This document shows positions 57,201 to 64,000 of a stretch of 64,000 bases of DNA, piece by piece. A program made the translations under genes and the position numbers. The notes under the pieces were generated by a model. The model searched no databases. It was not told the DNA's origin and worked only from the letters and a program-made list of their open reading frames with translations. The stretch comes from Planctomycetota bacterium (GTDB lineage: Bacteria; Planctomycetota; JAJSAM01). Position 1 is the first letter of the stretch, and each line of letters opens with the position of its first letter. The stretch is taken from assembly GCA_024274785.1 (NCBI GenBank), contig JAJSAM010000036.1, positions 14,748 to 78,747 on the forward strand. Direction: 5' to 3'.

Positions 57201-58182
57201 GCTGCTGCTGCAGGTCCGCCAGCGAGTCCCAACCGAACTTGTGGGGAACGCCGGGGTTCGGAGTCGAAGACAACTGGAACGTTCCCTCACCGAAACCATC
57301 CGCGGTCGTCGCCGGCACCCAGGGCAGCTCGGCCAGTTCCTCGTCGGACATGCCGAGATAGCTGGAGTCGTCCTCGAGCACGGCGATGTCCACCGTGATG
57401 GTGATGGAGTCGCTGTCGGGGTCGACAGCGGTCCAGTTGATGGCCACCTTTTCGTTGACGGTACCGTCGTCAGCACCCTCGGGCGGGATGTCCGCTCCGG
57501 TGATGATGATGGAGGGCGTGTTGTTGTTGTTCACGCTCATGCCGTCCGACTTGGCCCAGGATCCGGTCGCACCATCCGAACTCGGCTTGATGCGGAGAAC
57601 CACACCCGGGAAGAGCTCAAATCGAATGTCACCCGTTACCAGGTCCTTATCGATCCGGCCGTCTTCGGTGTAGACGTAGTCCTGAGTCAGAAAACGCTTC
57701 GTACCGATGTCGGCAACGCTGTCCCACGTGAAAGCGTGGAGCGCGCCGGCGCCGGGGGAAGAATTGAGCGGTCCGAGCCCATCATGCACCTTGACTCCAT
57801 TCGCATCTACTTCAGGAGCCGGCGTTGCTGGGGCGAACTCGTTGGGGGTCGGATTGCCGAAGCCGTCATCCGTCCCGTCCGTGATGATACCGTCACCGTT
57901 GTGGTCATAGCCGTAATCGACGGCGATCTGACACCAGTCATACTCCCGATCCTGGATGCTATAGAGGATGGAAACCCAGCCATTGTCTGGGTCTACCCCT
58001 CTTGTCCCCTGAAGACCGGAAGGTGTCTGGAGCCCGATGACCTTCGGTGCCGTGTCAGTGCCCGCCCTATTGCCGGCCTCGCTGCCTCCACCGCCGCCAC
58101 CACAGCCGACGGTAAAGGCAAGCGCGGCCGCAATGACGACGGCCAGCTTGACCCTACTCAAGGTCTGAAAAGAACGATGCAT
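51262..58182 (-). CDS. Giant (~2306 aa) surface lipoprotein: repeated beta-domains, Kelch propeller, Ig-like domains, Gly-rich C-terminal region
   Basis: SD GGGAGG, lipobox TVG-C then Gly6; Kelch-like HTAT..VLITGG repeats; Ig-like VELRFDERLD..VTDLAGNAL; GGxGG-rich tail. Confidence 0.85.
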   Translation of the reverse strand: MHRSFQTLSRVKLAVVIAAALAFTVGCGGGGGGSEAGNRAGTDTAPKVIGLQTPSGLQGTRGVDPDNGWVSILYSIQDREYDWCQIAVDYGYDHNGDGIITDGTDDGFGNPTPNEFAPATPAPEVDANGVKVHDGLGPLNSSPGAGALHAFTWDSVADIGTKRFLTQDYVYTEDGRIDKDLVTGDIRFELFPGVVLRIKPSSDGATGSWAKSDGMSVNNNNTPSIIITGADIPPEGADDGTVNEKVAINWTAVDPDSDSITITVDIAVLEDDSSYLGMSDEELAELPWVPATTADGFGEGTFQLSSTPNPGVPHKFGWDSLADLQQQRIPVLVRIRPLDGKREQGDWVYAPEHLSLDNYSTFMAPTTHAVLPEGRVGAVATTLDTGHVLVTGGSSTGDMSGLNGGVVYYVLDQNPYGNVSPTKNTLEHGRTYHTATRLLAVDPSDPNDDPAPAMVLITGGYDENGNPRDTAELYDPLTNRFTPLANSMTVARAGHNAVLLRSGKVLILGGVEDAAGNAASFLDTAEIYDPVTQEFTLVEDPGDPGAIDKKMISPRADACALVLPADETKIGEASRDETDLVLVVGGRDQNGALKSIEIFDALTETFLATDAANDMAEARFGLSLSATMDGTYAAVAAGGMASPPKDTIEVFDQASRTWMLSLVKMVEPRAFHTGILMGDGRILMAGGQTDTNGDDISATADLYNLALEAQTRAVYDDPDTPADESMTDTPAGEVSRFIDVPNGELPSPNRMAAATLLNNGFVALFGGDTPAGATSALQLFAPDQGFNTAPAIEIRSPDANTPEPWAFGVRIYYRLVDAEGDAGRIVAQYKVLDSNNPNDATKSGDWLTTRKDDIGKWLPATMQANTVLGDASSGTSGLVSRMDEVDSGSNPIDNPDATSGADKGEHLFIWNSSLDIPKGDYDNVFFRLIAYGAVQGETASTSRFGMTKNAPVILRIQKPVQQQISGIGSVHGNIVLPFFVQDSDSAGTGVDDLARIAWEYGVDTDGDGKVIEQRDDQGDLIPGSERWLTATQSPLDVTLNGVLYQYEDQTTLTSASSGNPDANGYPRGVLHHFIWDSVYDLGAPVKDPVTGKYSRTDILIRGRPFDYPDQGAGNNPADAADQSSGIGMERAHDATDFPFEIERDPEGLWIDDWYPTTNGSDNTAPYMFNGVKVDEPIRFEFTGLADQSTINKNTLIVKPYGGGSQIAGFYHVQEIGGRTVVDFWPQAQEKPARTDVLVNTTGYSLEIPAYDPEDRSRAIIQRKGAAANDTNAVNILTDGSEAMAFKTGTGALVESDNPGYESMPLPTTSTDVSVGTKTVELRFDERLDPLSITPASFEVYAETFTGVKTVIPGTVLLSNKVDLTGTGGSLAKYGILSVALPSNMTLPPGSKIVVVVKTGVTDLAGNALSAQVMPNFQTVASTATNADSETEGFSTNTYLDTAGTTAAWGTANGTFNGNAVNGYLMGLFEYGDGSDGALTAGTTLTSSSTQTEWNFTSFNLPSGHTLSLRGTRPINIRVQGPMTINGTISGQGLNGLSGTRFTSTSGTNMRDGGAGVAGGGNGGGTGKYTSGQSSLVKGSSGSSAYGFTGGGGGAATGKYLASYVTYYVITPGGGGAGHGATGTAGSKGYPYWRPAGPVAGTGGGTFGDAGLSKGAEAGAGGGAGANVTAKFGWTGCVSGGSGGGGGAALNVYALGKITLGSSGKINCKGGNGGNGYYYYYWGNSNRYNGGGGGGGGSGGTAHLTAPDFDFKGTIDVSGGSGGGPGSPTTSYPNQGGAGSGGRIKLSTSVTMWMKSGVVTTGTSEVVCGGNYTTDWTINSSIKVNTDTGLTGIYDKTSGEFRVKNFTLAAGAVMTVTGTKPLKIIASGNVDIKGTIVAEGGSAARYPERKGYETYQSNRSTWYFWYEITYSYYKPGPTWGAGGPGGGTGGNNGSKKTLKSFYGWYSSHSTGPMTAQAGTGWDGKVGGKGAGLGGKANYKSYSRYRYYYYAGAGAGGTCASPGGKGGWSNYNSTYGGGTPGKAQVTSGDLIDLSTKTPYTVVGGAGGAGGAVGGRKYQSGSYVYNYPYGTGAGGGGGGGGVGICAGGTATVGGTWLLGGGDGGGHIYSTNSAYEGAGGAGSGGNLLVHATKGITFAGPVIDTGGGLGGFTKIYTYSWYSNATLGGDGGPGAMRFTQPAALGAPKLPVISLDPSKFLLGGGSISSGGLSLSTDAVSKFFDSVALAPKNFKWTAVDNGAISEFYLQGAQSDPLTGAADNSNTSAWVKLGSSTTTSVLNGYRYFRFKVILKPVLGDYPEIDSVTVHWEYDS

Positions 58183-58609
58183 CGTGGCTGCACCTCCCAA
58201 GGCGTACTCTCGTTCTTGCCTGTTCACCGGAAGAGAATCTCTCGCACCAGCCGGCGTGCATATCGAGCGGGGCGGGGAAGGAGAGGACATCAAGCCCGGT
58301 CCCGCAGCCACGACCAGCCCCAATAGCCGCGTCGCGCGGGAGATCCTGCCACTGAAACAATGGCAGCCGAACTCGACAGGCCTTTCCGCCCCGTACCCGA
58401 TGGCACGGCGACGAGCCCACCGGCATATCCTTGCCGATGGAGGAAAGATCCTGTTCCGCTCCGCACTAGGATACGGTTGGGGACCAACCCGTCAAGGAGT
58501 TTCCTCCGGGCCTCGGGCGTCCCGGACCCCTTCGTGGGAAAAAACCTTGGTGGCCCGCGGCCCGAGCGGTAGCTTCTGCCGTTTTCCCACTGAACACGCG
58601 AGTTGATAG

Positions 58610-58750
58610 ATGAAGGTCAGGATCCGGAAGAGCAATCTGAAGCGGGCACGGATGTGCGGCTTCCTCGCCAGGAAGAAGACGCGCGGCGGCCGGAAGATCA
58701 TCGCCCGGCAGCGCCGGAAGTACGGTGCTTTCCGCGGTCCGAACCGCTGA
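58610..58750 (+). CDS. rpmH: 50S ribosomal protein bL34 (missing from the ORF track)
   Basis: MKVRIRKSNLKRARMCGFLARKKTRGGRKIIARQRRKYGAFRGPNR*, with the KR.R..GF.AR..T..GR.I.ARxR signature. Confidence 0.9.
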   Translation: MKVRIRKSNLKRARMCGFLARKKTRGGRKIIARQRRKYGAFRGPNR

Positions 58751-58798
58751 TCGAGGTCCCTCGGTCACACCGGATCTCGAGCAAACGGTGAGACCCGG

Positions 58799-60190
58799 GT
58801 GGTGAGCAGCCCCCTCCTCGAACACCTGAGAGCCCATCCTGAAGGGGTACTCCCCATCGAGGTGGCCCGAGGCCTTCTTGCCCTTCGCGGCCCCACCGAT
58901 GTCATCGAAATCATCGCTCGTGCGGCGCTCCTCTCCCTTCCCGGAGCAACACTGCGGCCGGACGGACGCGTCCGCCTTGACGAGGACGCTTCGCCGACAC
59001 CGACGATTGCCCTGGTCTTACGTTCGACAGGCCCCTACCCGCCTCAGGACTTCCTTCTCGAAATCGGTCTGGCGATCATCGAAAGGCTTGAAATCGTCGC
59101 CGTTTACAGCGAACGCATCCTTCCGGATCGCCTGTTGCCGCCCGACGCGGTCCGGGCCGCGGGAGTCGAACCCGCCTCGCTCGCCCTCGGATCGCCGATC
59201 GACACCGTCCTCTCAATTCTGGCCCCCCTGCTCGACGGAGCGACCATCGTCACCTTCGCGGAGCGGACCGAATTCGATTTCCTCCGCCGTATTCTCGACC
59301 TCGAGGAACGGGAAGAGATTCCCGGAGACCATGTGCCTCTCGCCCCATCCCTCCGGAGAGCCGGAGCGATGCCCCCGCGGGGAGATCTCCTGACCGCCGC
59401 TCGAACCCTTCGAGTACGCCCGCCGGAAGCCCCGGGCGCCGGAGAATTCGCCCGAACCCTCGGCGAGATCTACCTGGCGGCGCTCGACCGCGGGATCGAG
59501 TTCAAGCCGCCCGCCGAACGCGAGGAATTCGACTTCGGCAAGACGAAGTTCGGTGTGGACCTTCTGAAGGAACTTCCGGAGCGCCCCGGTGTCTACCGGT
59601 TTCTCGATCGCAACGGCCGGGTCCTCTACGTCGGAAAATCGAAGAACCTCCGGGCCCGGGTCACCGGTTATTTCGGGCGGCGAGCCAAGCGGCGCCGGAA
59701 GCACGCCGACCTGATGGAACAAGTCGTCGACCTGCGGGTCGAGGAGACGGGCTCGGATCTGGCCGCGCTCCTTCGCGAAACCGAACTCATCCGGGAGCAC
59801 GCCCCGCCTTTCAACGTGCAACGCGAAATCAAGCGACGGCGTCCGCGCGGCGGCGACCTCGTCATTTTCCTGCCGGGGGCGGGCGAGGGCGAGATCGAAC
59901 TCCTCTTCGTGCGGGACGGCGCACCGGGCGGCCGCGCCCGATCCGACCGGAAAGCGGTGGGCATGCGGGAGATCCGCCGGGCGGTGGCCCGCATCTACTT
60001 CAGCAACGAGGCCCCCGCCGCGGCCAATGAGGAAGATGCCCAGATCCTCGCCACCTGGCTACACGCCCGCCGGGATGCCCGCAACTTCGTGGATCTGTCC
60101 GAGGTTGCGGGAAAGGACGACGCCGCCCGCCGGATCCGCGAGTACCTCACCGACCCGGAACTGTTTTGTTCGAAGTTTTTCCGGCGGTGA
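58799..60190 (+). CDS. DnaQ-like (degenerate) plus GIY-YIG UvrC/Cho-like endonuclease
   Basis: LPERPGVYRF..VLYVGKSKNLRARV, ALLRETELI..PPFN; N-terminal exonuclease-like region VLRSTG..LEIG. Confidence 0.8.
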   Translation: MVSSPLLEHLRAHPEGVLPIEVARGLLALRGPTDVIEIIARAALLSLPGATLRPDGRVRLDEDASPTPTIALVLRSTGPYPPQDFLLEIGLAIIERLEIVAVYSERILPDRLLPPDAVRAAGVEPASLALGSPIDTVLSILAPLLDGATIVTFAERTEFDFLRRILDLEEREEIPGDHVPLAPSLRRAGAMPPRGDLLTAARTLRVRPPEAPGAGEFARTLGEIYLAALDRGIEFKPPAEREEFDFGKTKFGVDLLKELPERPGVYRFLDRNGRVLYVGKSKNLRARVTGYFGRRAKRRRKHADLMEQVVDLRVEETGSDLAALLRETELIREHAPPFNVQREIKRRRPRGGDLVIFLPGAGEGEIELLFVRDGAPGGRARSDRKAVGMREIRRAVARIYFSNEAPAAANEEDAQILATWLHARRDARNFVDLSEVAGKDDAARRIREYLTDPELFCSKFFRR

Positions 60191-60243
60191 GAGCCATCGG
60201 CGTATGACGGGGGAGGGCACCCCACCGGCCTCTTGCTTCCGGC

Positions 60244-60801
60244 CTACTCACCTCGACCCGACCAGTCGATCAGTTCGGTCTGCACCGCGGCCGGCCCACC
60301 ATCCAGACGCTCCTGCCTGATCAGACCGACGACCGGAACTTCCGGGGAGTACCAGTGGCGAACGGGGCCCATGCCGGCGGCGGAGGTCTCCACGCAAAAC
60401 GACTTGAAGGTGCGGCCGGCGATGGTGATCGGATCCTCGTAGATCCGGGCAACGAGCGCCCCGGCACCGTCGAAACCCCAAAGGAAGTGATTGGGCGCGA
60501 TACGGCGATTGCGACTGCTCACCGTCGCGTTCGTCTTCGCTTCCCGGATCTCCTCGAAGACGGTCACGATCCTCGAAGCGGGGTTCACGGCCACGACCTC
60601 GAGGCGCATCGTCTTCCCGTCCACCAGCCGGTAGAGCGCCCACTCCCCGGCCGTGACCTCGGCCAGAGGATTGACGATCCGGTAGATCTCCCCGGCTCCC
60701 GGTTCGATCTGATCCGTCCCGCGACCGAAGGAAACGAACGCCGCGCCGGCGGCAGCCCCGATCAGGAAAACGACGATGGCAATGACAGCTTTGTTCCGCA
60801 T
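60244..60801 (-). CDS. Membrane-anchored or secreted hypothetical protein
   Basis: N-terminal TM; beta-rich GEWALY..WYSPEVPVVGLIRQE. Confidence 0.7.
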   Translation of the reverse strand: MRNKAVIAIVVFLIGAAAGAAFVSFGRGTDQIEPGAGEIYRIVNPLAEVTAGEWALYRLVDGKTMRLEVVAVNPASRIVTVFEEIREAKTNATVSSRNRRIAPNHFLWGFDGAGALVARIYEDPITIAGRTFKSFCVETSAAGMGPVRHWYSPEVPVVGLIRQERLDGGPAAVQTELIDWSGRGE

Positions 60802-60957
60802 CCGCTCTCTCCAGCCCCGGCGCATTCTACATCCACTTTGCGGCGGGAGACGCAACACATGAAAATCCTTGGGGCCGAAGGACGCTCATGCTTGAATTCG
60901 TCCTTTCGTATCCTATTTATCCCAGGGCGTCCCGATTTTCAAACGCCGGAGGAGAGA

Positions 60958-61284
60958 ATGAGCGCGCTTCCCAAAGTCTCGGACTCGTCTTTCGATCAGG
61001 AGGTCCTGCAATCCGACCTCCCCGTCCTGGTCGACTTTTCCGCCGAATGGTGCGGGCCCTGCAAGAGCCTGGCGCCGATCGTCGAGACCCTCGCGGCTGA
61101 GTACGACGGTCGCGTGAAGTTCGTGCAACTCGACATCGACGAGAACCGGCAGACCCCTTCCAGCTTCGGAGTCATGGCCGTCCCGACCCTCATCCTCTTC
61201 AAGGGCGGCGAGGTGGTCGACAAGGTCACGGGCTTCAAGCCGAAGGCGGTCCTGGCCCAGCACATCGAGAAGCTCGTCGGCTAG
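60958..61284 (+). CDS. trxA: Thioredoxin
   Basis: DFSAEWCGPCK; GGAGGAG SD. Confidence 0.95.
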   Translation: MSALPKVSDSSFDQEVLQSDLPVLVDFSAEWCGPCKSLAPIVETLAAEYDGRVKFVQLDIDENRQTPSSFGVMAVPTLILFKGGEVVDKVTGFKPKAVLAQHIEKLVG

Positions 61285-61463
61285 CAGCCTGTCGGGGTAG
61301 CGCGTCCTCTGGCGCCAAAGAGCACCGACCTCCCCGGCCACCGGAGGGTCGGGCGCGGTCGCAACCAGTCACAACGCCACATCGACCCCGGCAGTCCCTC
61401 CGGTGCCGGCCCACCGCCCACCCGCCCTCGCGTCAGGGAGCATATCCCGACAGCCTGCGGCGG

Positions 61464-62792
61464 TCAGCGCCCGACACGGGTCACCCGGATCCGCAGCTTC
61501 CCGCTTTCGAAGATCTTTCCGGCTCCCGACGTATCCGCAGCCGACTCCTCGAGGACCAGCCAGTCGATCCGGTCCGCCTCCCCGGCCGGCCCGGCCGACA
61601 GGTTCACGCCCTCCCCCTCCGCGTACCAGACGACGCGCGGCAGTCCGTGGTGCCCCACCACCGCTCCGGAGCCTGACATGCTCCGGATGTAGCGGCCCGC
61701 TTCCTTCAGAGGCAACTTCGAGAGTCGTCTCGGCTGCACGGCGATCAGGAGGAGACCGGTGGCGACGAGCGCGGTGGCCAGCACCGCCTTGCGGCCCGGC
61801 AGCAGGAGCAGTCCCGCCGCCGCAAAGGGCAGGAGCAGCGCACTCGAAGTCAGCAGGTGCCGTTCCGCCAGGTAGCCGAAGGAGTGCAGCAACTTGAACC
61901 GGATCACCATCTCCAGGCCGGCAAGCGCCAGGATGAGCAGGGCCGCGGACCGATGCTCCCCGCGGAGGACCGGAGACAGTCCGAAGATGGCGAGCACCAG
62001 CAGAATCCATGAAGATGCTTCGCCGAGGGTCCGCCCCGTGTCGAGAATCGCCGCGCCGACCGAAGGCCGCGGGGTGCCTGGGGCGAAGGGCTTTTCTCCG
62101 GGAAGATCCCGATCGGCAAAGCGTTCGATGCGGCTCTTCTTGCGACTCACCACGAGGCGGCCGGCGTCGGCGGACATCCAGTAGATGTAGGGGCCAGCCA
62201 GCACGACAAAGCCCAGACCGAGCAGCAGGCCGGCGCGCCATCGGCGAACGAGCAGCAGGCCGAAGGGCATCGCCAGCCCGGCGAGCAGGGCGTCCGGCCG
62301 GGTCAGGTAGGCAAGACCGCAGAGCACTCCCCCGATCAGACCTCTTCCCGGCTTTCGCATGGAGCGAAGCGCAAACGCCACCGACCAGAGGAACAGTGGG
62401 ATGTAGAGGCCCTCCGTGAGTGTCGAAGCCTCGTAGCTGACGAGCGCCGGGGATACGGCATAGAGCAGTGCCGCCACGACGCCGACCCGGCGGGATGCGA
62501 CCGCCTCCCCGATCCGGAGCATCGCGATGGCCCCGAGCGCCCCGCCGATCACGCCGATGGTGAGGAGGGCGGCCTCAGTCCCGCCGAGAAGGGCCCCGAC
62601 CAGCGGGTAGAGCGGGTGCTGGATACTCTTGAAGGCCTCGGCCGGACCGCCCTCGGTCACATTTCCGGCAAGGGTCAGGTAGGCAATGCCATCCCTGGGG
62701 ATCACCGCCATTCCAAAGGCCGCCATGGCCCGCGCCACCAACGCGAGCAGGAAGACCAGTCCCTCGGTACGCTCGAGGCGCATTCTCACCAT
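61464..62792 (-). CDS. Polytopic membrane glycosyltransferase-like protein (GT-C, ArnT/PMT-like)
   Basis: PRDGIAY, HPLYP, TEGLY, YLTRPDA; many TM helices. Confidence 0.65.
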   Translation of the reverse strand: MVRMRLERTEGLVFLLALVARAMAAFGMAVIPRDGIAYLTLAGNVTEGGPAEAFKSIQHPLYPLVGALLGGTEAALLTIGVIGGALGAIAMLRIGEAVASRRVGVVAALLYAVSPALVSYEASTLTEGLYIPLFLWSVAFALRSMRKPGRGLIGGVLCGLAYLTRPDALLAGLAMPFGLLLVRRWRAGLLLGLGFVVLAGPYIYWMSADAGRLVVSRKKSRIERFADRDLPGEKPFAPGTPRPSVGAAILDTGRTLGEASSWILLVLAIFGLSPVLRGEHRSAALLILALAGLEMVIRFKLLHSFGYLAERHLLTSSALLLPFAAAGLLLLPGRKAVLATALVATGLLLIAVQPRRLSKLPLKEAGRYIRSMSGSGAVVGHHGLPRVVWYAEGEGVNLSAGPAGEADRIDWLVLEESAADTSGAGKIFESGKLRIRVTRVGR

Positions 62793-62846
62793 GGCGAGAT
62801 CCTACCCGAACGGCGCATCCTGAACATCGGCCTCTATAATGTGCGA

Positions 62847-64000
62847 ATGCGAGCCCCGATCCAGTTGCTCACCTTCCTGATCCTCATGGCCACCGTCGCC
62901 CGCGGTGCGGACCGCGAGGTCTTCCACACCGGGAAGGCCGGCTTCGGGAAGTTCCCGCGAGAGGTCGCCCTGAACGCGACTCAGCTCTTCCAGGTGCGCC
63001 TGAAGTCGGGTTACTTCTCACCGGTCATGGCCGTGACCTATCCCGACGGGTCGACGGAGTACATCCGCCCGGCCCGGGAGGTGAGCAGGCGGAAGTTCGA
63101 GTTCGAGGTGCCCTTCTCGGCGGGCCGCGGCCGCTATCGGGTGGAACTGGTGGTGGATTCGAGAGACGGTGACACCACCGCCGCACAGTTCACAATGTGG
63201 GTGGGCATGAAGAAACCGGCGACGCCGGCGAGCTCGGACACCCCCCTGCCGCAGGAAGAGTATCCACCGGAACCCCGGGCCGAGAACACGATCCGCCTGG
63301 AACGGAAACTGTTTCGGCTGATGAACGACTACCGCGAGGAGTTGCACCTGAAATCCTACCCGTGGATGGAAGAGGCCGCCTACCTGGCCCGGGAGCACCT
63401 GACCGACTACCTGGCCTTGAAGCCCCGGCCCAAACGGCTGACGCATCTCATCCCCGGCAAGGGCTCGATCGCCGATCGTTTCAACAACGTCCTCGCCTGG
63501 CCCCGGACCATCCGGAAGTTCCCGATCCGGAATCCCGCGGTGGGACCGGAGGCAGTCGGCTACTGCTCCGAGGCCCTTGCCGCGGTAACCTCGCTCGACT
63601 GGCTCTTCAAGGAGTACTTCCTCCGGGAGAGCGCCTTCCGGTTGCCGGTCATCTCGAAGTACCCGACCCATGCCGCGGTGGGCATCGTCCGCAACCCCGG
63701 GACCGGGAGGCTCTACACCGCCACGGTCTACGTGCAGCTCAATTCGACGCGAGTCGAGGAGGACCGGGAGGCCCAGTGGGAGGAGACGACGAAACTGGAG
63801 GATCGGGCGACCGATCCCGCAAAGCAGGCCGTCTACCTGAGGCGCCTTGGCCGAATGAGCGATCCGCGCTCGGCGGCGCTCTTTCGCCGCCGCCTCGATG
63901 CGGCTGAACCGGAGGTCCGGTCCGCTGCCCTCGACGCGACCTTCCTCACCAATCCTGAACTCGCCAGGAAGTGGGTGGAACGTCAGCGCTCGAAGATCGC
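62847..64000 (+). CDS. Exported protein with a CAP/SCP-like domain and HEAT-like repeat (3'-partial, absent from the ORF track)
   Basis: Open frame from ATG 62847 to the window end; signal peptide; LFRLMNDYREEL..LAREH..THAAVGIV; TATAAT 6 nt upstream. Confidence 0.65.
   Translation, partial: MRAPIQLLTFLILMATVARGADREVFHTGKAGFGKFPREVALNATQLFQVRLKSGYFSPVMAVTYPDGSTEYIRPAREVSRRKFEFEVPFSAGRGRYRVELVVDSRDGDTTAAQFTMWVGMKKPATPASSDTPLPQEEYPPEPRAENTIRLERKLFRLMNDYREELHLKSYPWMEEAAYLAREHLTDYLALKPRPKRLTHLIPGKGSIADRFNNVLAWPRTIRKFPIRNPAVGPEAVGYCSEALAAVTSLDWLFKEYFLRESAFRLPVISKYPTHAAVGIVRNPGTGRLYTATVYVQLNSTRVEEDREAQWEETTKLEDRATDPAKQAVYLRRLGRMSDPRSAALFRRRLDAAEPEVRSAALDATFLTNPELARKWVERQRSKI

Noticed and set aside
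7778-58323. Long N-terminal extensions in the ORF track (SDR, dsrO, ykgJ, qmoB, DUF151, nnrD, thiD, DUF2520, giant protein)
   Set aside because: They overlap neighbours or lack homology; downstream starts with SD or -10 support were chosen.
51280-58326. Very long plus-strand ORFs (988 aa and 1258 aa) opposite the giant lipoprotein
   Set aside because: Antisense shadow frames from high-GC codon bias; no motifs, SD or signal, and the minus strand encodes a coherent protein.
58418-58440. Palindrome CGGCA-TATCCT-TGCCG between the giant gene and rpmH
   Set aside because: Single short GC-rich occurrence with no second copy; not enough support for an operator call.
1-64000. tRNA, rRNA, integrase or transposase genes
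   Set aside because: None recognised in the intergenic regions or ORFs by eye; a tRNAscan or Infernal run would be decisive.

Overview
High-GC bacterial genomic window, probably a PVC/Planctomycetota-like organism (inferred from an orphan rpmH, many HEAT-repeat proteins and a giant Gly-rich lipoprotein; not proven). It is dominated by a complete dissimilatory sulfate-reduction gene set. (i) 1-6962: 3' part of an Hmc/Tmc-like membrane redox complex, including an NrfD-hexaheme cytochrome fusion, followed by an RR-PAS kinase-RR module. (ii) 8963-24658 (minus strand): dsrABD-N-[ferritin-like]-L-C-[sirC/hemA]-[cobA/hemD]-T-MKJOP. (iii) 25299-28120: a divergent sensor kinase and NtrC-family sigma54 activator. 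(iv) 28370-37770 (minus strand): sat-aprBA-[ykgJ-like]-qmoABC. The rest is housekeeping backbone (nnrD, purB, thiD, rpmH, trxA), HEAT proteins and a ~2300-aa surface lipoprotein. The main observation beyond gene content is regulatory. The dsrA and sat upstream regions share near-identical sigma54 -24/-12 promoters, each with a GTTAC-N6-GT(A/G)AC palindrome 206-208 bp upstream, a shared CCATAACCA box 61 bp from that palindrome, and a second shared TGTTAC-N5-CGCTACGGTTC box. This suggests a switchable, enhancer-driven sulfate-reduction regulon controlled by the co-located two-component system. Four copies of a ~158-163 bp palindromic MITE/REP-like element are present, three of them at the borders of the sulfur modules. 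No rRNA, tRNA or CRISPR array was seen.
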